Assembly: GCA_012295275.1 (NCBI GenBank)
Contig: CM022672.1
Coordinates: 27,714,001-27,778,000, forward strand
Direction: 5' to 3'
Length of the DNA stretch: 64,000 nt
Origin: Chrysomallon squamiferum
Lineage: Eukaryota; Animalia; Mollusca
Shown: in pieces, positions 13,661 to 25,340 of the stretch
Numbering within the stretch: position 1 is the stretch's first letter
Layout: the number at the start of each line of letters is the position of its first letter
Program-made: the position numbers and the translations under genes
The notes under the pieces: generated by a model
What the model was told of the DNA's origin: nothing
Seen by the model: the letters and a program-made list of their open reading frames with translations, nothing else
The model's database searches: none

Positions 13661-15608
13661 TTAAAAATAGCATCTATAACGCCCACAGTAATACGTGCGT
13701 AAGGATACTGTTGTGGCCCTGTTGGAAGAAAAGCAGATTAGGCGATCCTCCAGGCTTCTGGGTAAATAATAGAAGAGTCGATAGCTTCTCGATCCAATGA
13801 TATTTTGAGTCGCTGCGTTTATAATTGTCATTCGGACTCTAGATCTAGGTCGTGTTCTTCTTGCGTTGACATATACGTAGTACCAACTTGCCGATCGGGG
13901 CTGAAGTAGAAAACAAGGATTAACTGATGGAGATACAGTGATACTAAGTCTGCCTTGATAAAGTACATCATACGGACCGTTTGCTATTCCACATGTGGCG
14001 GTGTTGATACCTACTGTGGCAAACGCAGCATCGACTTCGTTAATGTATATAGTGTTTGGATCGTTAGCAAGATCTACTGCAGCCTGTCTAACTCCACAGG
14101 CAGCATGGTAGAACCCGCTGTTAGGATTCCAGTACAGTTGATTAGCTAACAAGAACAGGTGATATGCATCTTCCATTGGTATTAACTGTGTGTCCACCAT
14201 CTCAAAAAATGCCTTGTTGAAAATACCACTGCTATAGTGAACATCCATACCGCTGTGGTATTGGTTTATATGGCTTACGTACGGTAACTGAAAAGATCGC
14301 AGTGCCGAACCTGGTGTTTTATGTATATCGTAACCTACCAACCAGTCATGAGTTCTGCAGCCGGAAAGATTTTCAACGCCTCGCCTGTAATATCGGAGAA
14401 TGCTTCATTTACTCCGCCTGACTGATCTGCATAGATCAAATTCGAATTTTCTTGTATTATACCATGAGCTATTTCATGGGCGACAATGTCCAGTGACACC
14501 AAAGTGTAGAAGCTTGTATCAGAATCGCCAAAAAAGGCTGACTTGTAATATGAGCGCCAAACAGCATTTGAATATTGATTTCGATAATGTGTATACAGTA
14601 TCATCTTGTAAGGCAAAGGAGTCATGTTATATTTGTCTAGGAAAACGCTAGTCATTACATTTCCAAAAAAGAATGCATCTAGGTTTGCCGAGTTTGCACC
14701 ATTAATTGAGTCATCAGGCATGACACAATCGTATTCATATGCTGATACTAAGTTATTTGTTTGCTGCATGTCTCCTACCTTCACAAAAGCATTTTCCAGT
14801 ACACAATTAAAACCATTTTCGGTGACATCAAGACAAAATGGCGGCATTCCATAGAAGATAGGTCCAATCTTCGGGTTGCCACCTGTTCCTCCTGCAAAAT
14901 GAAGACAAGTCTGTCTTTTACTCATGTTCGATCTTCTGTACTCCGTTCGGTTTTTGGCTTCCTGAATAGAATATACCGATTCTGTGCGGTTTGGTGTCGT
15001 GTTATACATCGTCAACGTACTGAGAGAGCAAGCATCAACAACTAGATAATATCGAGCCAATTTATCTGGAGCATCGTCTTCGATTTCTATAACATATGCT
15101 AACTTCGCCTTATTCTGGTCATCAAAATAGATGCACCTCTGAAACCTAGACACGCTGCAGTATGGACAGGCGGCTGGGAGTCCAGATTTCTTTTTGCCTA
15201 GAGAAAACAAAAAGTCTTCGTTTCTTTGACAAGCTGAAGAGTCGCTGATGTCATTTTCCAGTCCTGAGACAAACTCGCCAGTCAAAGCTCCTGTATAACC
15301 GTTCTCTTCGTCATACGTTGCCTGTATACTGAGACCGAACACTAGGATGTCATCGAACGTCACTTCTATGCGTTGTTTTGTTTTACCGTTTGCGATTTTA
15401 ACGGTTCGTACAACTTTGAAGTCATAACGACTGTTTGCGTTGAGAATGTCGTGTAAATCTTGGCGGTTCTTTCCTTCTGCATTTATCTCCGAACGGTCTT
15501 GTCGACTATTTTCAGAATGTAAATTGCGACGTTCTGGCATTGCCATGTTTGCTCTTTTTCCGGCATCTACTCTTACAGCAGCGTCGATAGAAATGAGGAA
15601 CATAATAC
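13661..15608 (-). CDS. Peptidase M4 (thermolysin/pseudolysin/vibriolysin-like) zinc metalloprotease, main coding exon; one apparent 1-nt deletion at ~14375 (assembly error or recent pseudogenisation)
   Basis: ORFs 14335-15603 and 13661-14341 join into one M4 protein. Visible motifs: HEXXH (HEIAH), third Zn ligand motif GGVNEAFSD, catalytic-His motif DVHYSSGIFNKAF, and a LasB-like mature N-terminus (GGTGGNPKIG). An ~230-aa propeptide ends in ...SKR. Restoring one base at gag gcg tt|gaa gives GEA-x-ENLSGCRTHDWLVGYDI. The splice acceptor ttatttaaag| ends at 15609. Confidence 0.93.
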
Positions 15609-15857
15609 CTTTAAATAATAAAATAAGTAAATTATTCGTTGATAACGCTGAAAGACCGCCATACTACTTAGCTGATATTGTTTCTAAATAGTTTAAATCA
15701 GTCTTTATATATGACTTTACATATCTTTTTTTATTTTTATGATCTGAGAGGTATCAGAACCTAAAGACTAATCTAAATTATATATTAAGAAGTTTAGAGA
15801 GAAAACAAAAAAGTTTTAATTACTAGTAATGAAGCAGAATGAAAAAGATATACTTAC

Positions 15858-15894
15858 AGACAGTTGTTGGTAACCAAATCTCCATGATGTACAT
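15858..15894 (-). CDS. First coding exon (signal peptide) of the M4 protease gene
   Basis: ATG at 15894 is followed by 37 nt (MYIMEIWLPTTV+T) and a consensus donor |gtaagta. The phase-1 intron 15857-15609 splices in frame to give MYIMEIWLPTTVCIMFLISIDA-AVRV, a plausible signal peptide. The exon is preceded by the acceptor ttttaatttcag (~15917). Confidence 0.82.
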
Positions 15895-16121
15895 TTAAAA
15901 GCTACTTCCGAAACCTCTGAAATTAAAACGTTTTGCTGTAAGTTTGCTTTATTTATTTATTTTTATTTATTTATTTTTTATTTATTTTGTTACTTATTTA
16001 TTTGTTACACTTTCTTAGATAAAGTAGCAAAGTCTATCTACAATTTGCATTTAAAAAGAAAAGTTAAAATAGCTAAAAGAAAGATCTTGTCACAAAAGTT
16101 TCGGACAAAATTATTATTCAC

Positions 16122-16170
16122 CTTAATTCTTTGAGAATATAGATCTCTCTGCAAATTTTCTTCCTTGCAG
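16122..16170 (-). other. Putative non-coding 5' UTR exon of the M4 gene
   Basis: Minus-strand donor aag|gtgaat at ~16121 lies upstream of the acceptor at ~15917. The 5' end is undefined. Confidence 0.35.
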
Positions 16171-16377
16171 TCATATATCATATGCATATCCAGTGGCGCA
16201 AACAGAGCACCTGTTCTGGCTAATTAATTTGCTTTCATTTTAATTAAACTCATTTGAACTTTAGGATTATATACACTTAATAGTGAAGGCTTGTTTATAT
16301 GTTATAAAATACTGGAATTGGTCGTAAATTACAATTTGATTTGCTGATATCAGCCACTTTTCTTAACTGCTTAATCT

Positions 16378-16450
16378 TATCTACCTGGTTTTAAATTAAT
16401 ACCTGCACGTAAGTTAATTTAATTCTGTCCCGTTTGACAATCTGTTTCAG
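16378..16450 (+). repeat. Local direct repeat, diverged partial copy
   Basis: ctacctggttttaaattaatacctgcacgtaag resembles the 5' part of the 12.7-kb and 19.5-kb copies. Confidence 0.55.
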
Positions 16451-17223
16451 TTATAGCTAAATTAAAACAATGAAAATCACTATACTATCAACGTGACAGA
16501 AATATTTAATTTGTAACAGACTGGTGATAACATTTTAAATATATGAATGTGTTCTGTCAACAATTTAGTTAGAAGTTCCGCCTTCTCAGGACTCATATAA
16601 AACTATATATTTGATCCATTACTCGTTTATTACTTAAAACCCTACCTATCTACTGCTTAGTAGTTTTAGAAAAGACTTAAATCATACTGACTCCATATTA
16701 TTATTCCATTATACTGTATGTGACCATAAAAAAGGAATTTACTGTAAATCCCATGTAAATAGTTCGGACTATAGTTTTCTAGCGTTCTCTACGCCATCAT
16801 AACACAACTCACTGTACATTCTGTGTAAATAATACGGACTACATATTCTATGCCGTCATAAGAATACATTTTATACATTTTACTGACTACAATTCTAGCA
16901 CATTGTATGCAATCATAATAATGCAGTTTACTATACAATGCAAAAGTTTATTAAAACGTGGATTACAAACGCATACGGGTGTAAAATATATACGTGTGTC
17001 TACATACACACATATACATATACATACATTTATATGTAAATAGCCGTTTGACTATGTTCTAACAACACATATGTACCAATATTATAAATATACCTACAAA
17101 TACATAAGTATGTAAAGCATTTGTACGGGTACCAAATATTAAAAATTAGGATTTTTGTTTGCATGTAATAGAAGACATTCTCCTGAGCTATTGCGTTTAT
17201 TATCGTTATTATTGTTATTGTTA

Positions 17224-17287
<64 letters not shown>

Positions 17288-18129
17288 TTAGTTATTGACA
17301 TATAGTCCATATGTAACAACTGAATGTTAACAGTTGGGACGTGCTACAAATGGGAGGCAACCTGTGTATATGTATGTAAAAACGGAAAGAAAACACACAT
17401 TTCTGTAAGTGTGTATGCTTGTCTGTGTATGTATTTGTGATTAGACCAAAATATGTTTATTCATCACCATGACAACAGCTGATTGATACATATTATCCAA
17501 ATTTAAAATAATTTCTTTTTCATTTACTACAAATTGCAGAACTCATTTTCTGGCTCTAGCAGGTATGTATTTAGGAATAAATTTACTGTTGTCTTATGTA
17601 CGTCTGATTAGACTGCAGTATTCATGAACATACTGGCGTTATAGAAATATAAAAAACGCCACTACGTTCCCGAATATTAAAGAATAGAAACCTTCTGAAA
17701 CTTCTCATTTGTCCTTGGTTTACCAATACACAGTTTCTCATAAATTAATTAAAGAATGTGTATGTGCGTGTTAGAAAGTTATTGCTGGTGTATTTAAGAG
17801 TACTGTGTGAGTTATAATCAAAACAATAAAACAAATTTAATATAATTCTGTTTAGTCCCAGCTTTTATAATTAACTTTACTAGAAACTGTTTTCAAGATC
17901 ATATCTGTCGGACATCCACCTCTTAGTTACAGCCAAGTGTACACCAACCCTTGTGTGGTCGTCTTAGACAGGTTTCAGTTGTGTAGTAACTTATAACCTG
18001 TGTAAACCACAAGAATTCATCAGTATTCATTTGTTTTTTCATTGGTGAATTACGAGCAGTTTATTTCTTTGCATTCTCTTTTATTTAGTTTTTATACAAT
18101 ATTTGACATTTATGCATACATTTTTCTTA

Positions 18130-18289
18130 TTTAAAAATTCGTTACAAAAGATTGGGGGTAGTTTCGGGGGGCTGGAACGGATTAACGGTATTTCAATTAA
18201 TTTCAATTGGGAAAGTTGATTTGATATACGAGCTCATTTGAGTTACGAGCTCGGTAACGGAACAAATTAAACTCGTAGGTCAAGGTACC

Positions 18290-18293
<4 letters not shown>
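18130..18293 (+). mobile_element. Right end of a pogo/Tigger-like DNA transposon
   Basis: Ends in ...ctcgtaggtcaaggtaccactg (reverse complement CAGTGGTACCTTGACCTACGAG, typical of pogo/Tigger TIRs), with internal tacgag subterminal repeats. The left end is not found. Confidence 0.6.
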
Positions 18294-18369
<76 letters not shown>

Positions 18370-18486
18370 CACGTTACCAGTGCATATGCACTTGCGGCAC
18401 ATGAAACTTGAATACGAGGGTTATAAAAATGCAAGATTTTCGAATACTTCTGTTCGTTATTTTTGTTCTGACCCAACATCAAACAA

Positions 18487-19372
18487 ATGCCACCACGACT
18501 GAGTGAACCGCAACGAAACAACGCCATCGGCCTTTACAAGCTGGCGAATCCTTCTCGGCCGTAGCCCGGGTGTTCCATGTATCCCCAAGCACCATCTTGA
18601 GATTGTGGTATCAGTTCCAGCAACACCAACCAACACGTGACCGTCTCAGATTGGGTAGACCACGTGTAACCACCTGGGCCCAAGACCACTACATACGGGT
18701 ACTTCATCTGCGGGAAAGAACCATAACAGCAACCTCTACTGCTTCAGGAATACCAGGTCTGCGTAGAATATCGGCTCAGACAGTGCGCAATCGTTTACAC
18801 GGGGCAGGTATTCGAGCCAGACTGCCTGTAACAAGAGTGGTTTTGACTCAACAACATCGTTGACTACGACATCAGTGGTGTCAAGTGCACAGAGTCTGGC
18901 CTCAATTACGATGGAAAACTGTCCGGTTTAGTGACAAGGCTCGATTTCTGCTTCGTCGAGCTGATGGAAGATGTCGAGTTTATAGACGTGGTGGTGAACG
19001 TTTTGCTGCAAACTGCATACAGGAAGCGGACAGATTTGGAGGTGGTAGTGCGATGGTGTGGTAACGCTGTATTCCAGCACGCCAATGCGAGACCACATAC
19101 AGCCAGACTCACAACAGCGTACCTTCACAACCAATAACATTCAGGTCCTTCCCTGGCCCTCTAAATCTCCGGATTTGAACCCATTAGAGCATTTATGGGA
19201 CGAGTTGGATAGACGACTGAGGCAACATCAACCACAGCCACAGAATTGTGCTCCGTTAGCATTATTACTACAGACAGAATGAGCCACCATTCCACAAGGT
19301 GTAATTCGTAATGCCATGGGAAGGAGATGTCAGGCAGTTCTGGACTCCCAAGGTGGGCAAACAAGATATTGA
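18487..19372 (+). mobile_element. Degenerate Tc1 (DD34E) transposase pseudogene
   Basis: Stitched frames read MPPRLSEPQRNNAIG..AVARVFHVSPSTI..GRPRVTT..ISAQTVRNRL..WKTVRFSDK..DRFGGGSAMVW [internal deletion] VFQHANARPH..WPSKSPDLNPLEHLWDEL..MGRRCQAV..GGQTRY*. There are stops, frameshifts, and the second catalytic Asp is mutated. Flanked by (GT)n; TIRs not recognisable. Confidence 0.92.
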
Positions 19373-19477
19373 TATTATACTGTTATAACCTTGAACTTGG
19401 AAAAATAAAACTGGGCATATTGTATAATTTATGTTAGTGTGTGTGTGTGTGTGAGTGCGCGCGCGCGCGCGCGTGTG

Positions 19478-19513
<36 letters not shown>

Positions 19514-19540
19514 GTGTTTATGATTTAAATCCAAGTTTAT

Positions 19541-19704
19541 ATCTGCTGCCTGGTTTTGATTAATACCTGGACATAAATTAATATAACTCGAGCGTATTTT
19601 CTTGCAGTTTGTTTCAACTGTTGTTAGATATCATCAGTGAAAGGGCAGAACCGATACCTTCTAAGTTTACTCAGATATATAACAAAGAGTGCAAATGACA
19701 AACG
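19541..19704 (+). repeat. Local direct repeat copy 2 (~165 bp)
   Basis: See 12726-12889. Confidence 0.85.
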
Positions 19705-20156
19705 GTGTAAATACAGTTTAATTACTTGTAATCAGTTTGTGTGTTTGTGTGTTTTTGCCTCCGTGTGATTGTGTGTGTGTGTATGTGAGATTGAGGGCGT
19801 GTGCGTGTGAGTGTGTGAGTGCATGCGAACGTACATGTGTGTTTCTTAGCGCGCCTGTGAGTTTTTCCATGTGTGTCTTTTCGTGTGTGTGTGTTTTTGC
19901 ATGGATGTATGTATGTGTGTTTTTGAGTGCGTATGCCTGTGCTTGCGTGTGTGTGAGTCTGTGTGTGTTAATAAAAAATTGATATATAAAACGAAGATGA
20001 TGATGATAATGAAGCAAAAAAATATAGGTATGGTAATAAGATTAACATACATGAAGCTTGGTGATTGATTTATTGAAACTGAACATTTGTATTTTGTCTA
20101 CGAAACCTCTTTATTATAATTCGGCTTGGCTGTTATTTAGTGTGAATGCAGTAATC

Positions 20157-21076
20157 CAGAGATTCTCAACAAGTGTGCCGCGAAGTTTTGAACGGCACAC
20201 GAAAAAAATGCGAAAAACCACGTGATCCCAAAATAAAACAAACAGTAGTATGCAAGATAAAAACAAAAATATTCTCACTTCAACAGACAAGTTAGTTGCC
20301 CTCAAAAAGAAAATTGTGATTTTGAAAAAAAAGAGCAATCACTGTCAATCTTGATATGGTCCCTTTATTTCGTTCTAACTGCAAATGATCCCTTTTGTGT
20401 GTGCTCATCTGACAGGCCTGGACGAAAGAATCAACAATTACTTTCCGTCATTAAAGTCAGAAAAGTATGATTGGATTAGAGATCCTTTCATAAATCATTC
20501 TTCTAACATTGAACTTGAGTTACAGGAAGAAGAAGAATTAGCCACCCTTTCTAGTGACGGAGGGTTAAAATTAAAACATTCGACTGTGCCCATTGATTCA
20601 TTCTGGATTTCAATTCATATGTAAAAGAGCTTTAGCAATTTTATTACAATTTTCAACTTCTGATATATATCAATTAGGCTTCTCAACACTAAACAATATC
20701 AAAAACAAGCAGTGCAAGAGATCACGTACAACGGAAGAAGAAATGAGGGTGTTTCTGTCTGATATTCGACCAGACATTGAGGAAATTATGAATAAAAGCC
20801 AGGCACAAATGTCTGACTAAAGAAGCCAGCTATTTGATTGATGAAATTCGAAACACTGCAGTGAAGTATAGCTGTGTTTTTCTTTATTTAGTTTGAGTCA
20901 TTCTATGTTTCTGTGACTAATCTGTGTGTACAGTTGTATGCTGTCTATGACTTGCTGTTTTTTTTTTTTTTTTGTGCAAAATTCAAATATTTTTCATATA
21001 TATTTAGGCAGGTGTGCCGCAGTTTTTTCATGTGTTCCAAGGTGTGCCGTTGGCAAGAAAAGGTTGAGAACCACTG
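20157..21076 (+). mobile_element. Internally deleted hAT (Buster/Charlie-type) element, 920 bp
   Basis: TIRs CAGAGATTCTCAAC / GTTGAGAACCACTG, perfect 8-bp TSD CAGTAATC (20149-20156, 21077-21084) with central TA, and subterminal gtgtgccg repeats. Carries a decayed transposase C-terminus (YFPSL..DWIRDPF..DSFW..LLQFSTS..GFSTL..EEEMRVFLSDIRP..QAQMS). Confidence 0.95.
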
Positions 21077-21217
21077 CAGTAATCAATAAAATGTGAACAA
21101 TTATTCTTACAGTCAGAAAAACAGAGAAAAATAAAATTAGATACCTACTTCAAATCACAACACACAGACACAAATATTTATTATTTTTGAATGAAAAGTT
21201 TACCATCATTCATTTTA

Positions 21218-21254
<37 letters not shown>

Positions 21255-21469
21255 CACGTAATTTAATTTCTATGTTGCTGAGTTTGTAAAGCCTTGAAAC
21301 ACATCTGCTGTAGGTTTTCTCATACAAATAAATCAATAAAATTAATAATGTTGCACAGATTGATATTTGTAAGTAAACACATTCATCTCAACCAACTGAT
21401 TTTTTTTTTTTAATAAAATATATAGAATGTGCCAAATTTATTTATTTATTATTCTAATTATTATTATTA

Positions 21470-21515
<46 letters not shown>

Positions 21516-21689
21516 ATTAGTTTTTAATTCTAACTTCAATTTTAATGCTACTACTAGTACAACAACAACAACTACTACTACTATTATCATTATTATTGTT
21601 AATATTATTTTGTATCAAAATTAAAATCACATCACTGCAATCGAATTAATAATGAAAATAAACCACAATCTCAGTTCAGGTTTTAATAT

Positions 21690-22135
21690 ATATATATAAT
21701 GAAATAACCAAAATAATAAAATCAAATAAAAAACACACACAGCAACAGCACAGTAGATACAAAACAGAGACAAAGATACACACACAACATCAGAAATAAA
21801 ACACAAATGTGGAAGAACAACAAACATATAAAATGCAGCACAGCATAGCATTCAAAACAAAACACAAGAGGACTCATACCACATGAAACAAATTACAATA
21901 TTTTCAAACAAACACACACATATACAAACATACAGAACACAAACTACAGACAACACCAGAACCAAACAACAACAAACAACAACAGCAGCACAGGGTACAA
22001 AAAACACACAAGTAGACAGCACCACAGGAAAAAAAAAACACTCAAGAATACAAACAAACTTTAGACAATAAAAGAACACACAAAAAAGCAAATATGCAAC
22101 AAAAACAAATGCCTACAAATAATAATAATAATAAT
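21690..22135 (+). repeat. Inverted copy of the GT/CA-rich block of the 1.38-kb array unit
   Basis: Reverse complement of ~33770-34160 (e.g. caaaacaaaacacaagaggactcataccacat..caaacaaactttagacaataaaagaacacac). Confidence 0.92.
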
Positions 22136-22744
22136 AAACATGTTTCTGAGTATTCTGTAACTGATTTACACATTTTAAAATATGTTCAGTGAAATTTGGT
22201 TCTTTCTGGAGTTGAATATTCGTGAAAACATAACATCACAAACAATTAACTAATAAGTAATGTAGTAGTAGGAGTAGTGGTCGTGGTAATAATACAAATA
22301 ATAATAATAACAGCAACAACAACTGCAATTTAGTCAACATTTACATCGAGTAAAGAACTAATCTTATTTATACTTCAATTGTTATTTACACTTTTATTTA
22401 AATCTCTCACAGTATTATCAGCAAGTAAATGTCTGGAATAAAATTGCATTTTGTTTTTTAATTCAATGGAAACTGAAAAACATTATATTTTTGAAACAGT
22501 CTTTGTATAAACTGAAGATTAAAAAACATAAAAATCCTTGGAATCATAAATATTTTCAGTGAAATATTAAAATTTAATATATATATATCAAAAAAAAAAA
22601 AAAAAACACGAAAGAAAAAACATACAAAAAATTGATAAAAATAGATAAATACAGAAAATCAAAAACAATGACAACACAAATTATTTTGTCACGATTATAA
22701 CATACGTCAGTCAGATTTGTTTTCATTCATAAACCTGTTCATTA

Positions 22745-24430
22745 TTTAGCAGGTGAAAAACCTCGTTTCAAATTTAATGTTACCAAAATATTACATGGAT
22801 GGCGTGGAAAAAATTGAAACAGCCTTGGATTTCTAATTCCTTGAGTCAAGACTAGATGATGATGATGACGATAATGATAATAATATCAGAAAAAATCATC
22901 CATGCAAACAACTAAATATTAACATATATTAAAACATTCAGAATTTGCTCTTAATTTTTACTTCTAGAGTTATGAAATAAGATTTTCTTTCATTAATATT
23001 TATTACCTATATCTTTCTGTTTCTTAATCTTTCAGACTCGCTAGGTGGGATTTGTGGCTTGGAAATCTGGAAGGTTGTGAATGAACGGGAGGGGATTAGA
23101 TTTCTTCAGCAGTCTGAACAGAAACAGACATCTGTAGTAAACTGGTTTTTCTTTTTTATACAAGTTAAGCAATGATGAACTGATTTTGAGAAACTGAATC
23201 AATAAAATGAAAGAAATTCATAAAAATAACCTTCATTTTACTCAATGCTGTATTATTTTTTTATTATTATTTTAAATTTTTATTTACAATCATACAATTT
23301 TACAGTCATTGGAAATGTATTATGCATTATAATGTAGTCGTAAGACTCTCAATCATGTTTTAATTTCTAATCCTAGGTGAGGAAGGCAAAACACTGCCAG
23401 GAGAGAAAGAGGTAATGAACATGAAGACAGAAATACAGAGATGAAGCAGCGTTCAGGGCAATCGCTAATCAGGAATGGGTTTTCATTTTCTTTAGGGTTG
23501 CCGGCATTTGCATTTTAATGTAGTCGTAAGACTCTTAATAATGTTCTGCTTTATAATCCGTAGGTGAGGAAGACAAAAACTGCCAGCAGAGGAAGACAGG
23601 AATGCACAGATGAAGCAGCGTTCAGGGCGCTCGCTAACCTGGAATGAGTTTTCATTTTCTTTAAGGTTGCCGGCATTTGGGTTGAAAGTGTATTATATGC
23701 ATTTTAATGTAGTCGTAAGACTATTAATTATGTTTTGCTTTATAATCCGTAGGTGAGGAGGCAAAGACATCAGGAAGATGAAGACAGAAATACACAGATG
23801 AAGCAGTGTTCTGGGCTTTCGCTAATGAGGAATGGGTTTTCGTTTTCCTTAGGGTTGCCGGTATTTGGTTTGGGATTTTTGAATGTACTATATTTGAATG
23901 TTGTTATCAGACATTAGTAATTTTCTGCTTTATTATCCACAGGCGATGAAGGCAAAAGACTGTCAGGAGTGGAAGACATCAGCTAAATAGCAAACGAAAA
24001 TGCCTGTAGATTTTGTCAAAACGAAATTAATAAAATGTAAATGATAATAGTAAAGGTTTTTGCCTTATTTGAAAGATATAAAATAAAAATATGAAACATA
24101 TGAACATATATGAATAAATAAATAAATAAGTAATAATAATAATAATAATAGTAATGAAAATAATGATGATAATAACAGTAATGATAATAATGTTACTAGT
24201 AATAATAACGATAACACTGGTAATGAAAATAATTATGAAAATAATGACAATGACGAAAACATCATCAACAAAGATAATAAGAAGAGTAATAATGAGAGTA
24301 ACACTAAAAATGATGTAATTAGTTTTGTATTTGTTTTGAAGTTGGTAAAAATGAAATACTGACTATTCTTCGGTCTCTTTTCACAGGATAACAAGAGCAA
24401 GATGAAGACAGGAATACATTGAGGAAGCAT
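22745..24430 (+). pseudogene. Plus-strand paralog of the multi-exon non-coding/decayed gene, including a ~190-bp tandem cassette x3-4 at 23320-23990
   Basis: Exon-like blocks follow acceptors at ~22753 (ttagcag|), ~23036 (tttcag|), 23376, 23563, 23752, 23942 and 24386 (ttttcacag|). Each is homologous to minus-strand blocks at 26.4-26.9 kb, 58-61 kb and in the array. No stop-free spliced frame found. Confidence 0.6.
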
Positions 24431-25062
24431 CGTGAAAATATCTTCGTTTTTGATAATATTTGTTGGCCTTCTTCTGAGTTTATCTGGAGAGTCAATTGAC
24501 AGCCATATATTATATTTATATGTAGTAGTGCTAGTACACTATCGACATAATTCGTCTAGCATGACTGTGAGTATGGCACATTACAGTTAGATCTATGCAG
24601 ATTAACTGAAATGTCAGTTATCCATTTTCAAATTTGTTTTTGAATTTGATTATTACTAGAATTCTTGTGAAAAGATTTTTTAAAAATTAAGTAATAATAA
24701 ATAAAAAAATTAGTCAAATCAGACCAAAGTAACAAATAATACTTATTTAAAAAAATATATATGTGGAAAAACAAAAGGTAATTTTTATATGTGTGACTGC
24801 AGTAGAAAACAGTGCATTTTCTCGTAAATGAAATGAGTAAGAAATGATTTTACACAAAGTATGTTCTGTTTTTCATTTCAATCACTTAGCCAACAGATTT
24901 TGATAAATCATTGCAAAATTGATTTAAATATTTTTTATTTGCAATGGGTATGGAGTCATTTCACAACTGAAATGTATATATATATATATTAATAATAAAA
25001 ATAGTATTTAAGTGATTGATATAAAAATGTTGAGATGTATGATTACTAGTTTTAAATGACAG

Positions 25063-25340
25063 ATATCAATGAAGAAGGATTCTAAATGAGGACTGAAAGT
25101 AACTCAGAAACGTTCAGACATTGGTGCTATATCCAGTGAGAGTCAGGAGGGGGGTCATCAAGAAGAGTGCTGGTGGGGGGAAGAGTGACATATGATGATC
25201 TGGTGGGGGGGAGAGTGACATATGATGATCTGGTGGTGGTGTCATGGAGAGTAGATTGAATTGAAAACACAATCTTGCACCAGCTGGAAGCTGTACTTGC
25301 CCAGCTGGGAACAACTGAAGCTAGCAGAATGACTAAAAGG
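25063..25340 (+). other. Exon-like purine-rich segment containing a 30-bp duplication
   Basis: Acceptor tgacag| at ~25062 and strong donor AGG|gtaagt at 25340. tggtggggggragagtgacatatgatgatc occurs twice. Stops in all frames. Confidence 0.4.

Noticed and set aside
13661-15603. Bacterial contamination as the source of the M4 ORF
   Set aside because: It has an in-frame spliceosomal intron and a separate signal exon, no operon context, and is continuous with animal repeats on both sides.
20826-20876. Minimal hammerhead-like TTGATGA-aattc-GAAA-cac..gtg inside the hAT element
   Set aside because: Core C3 and the UH cleavage site are missing.
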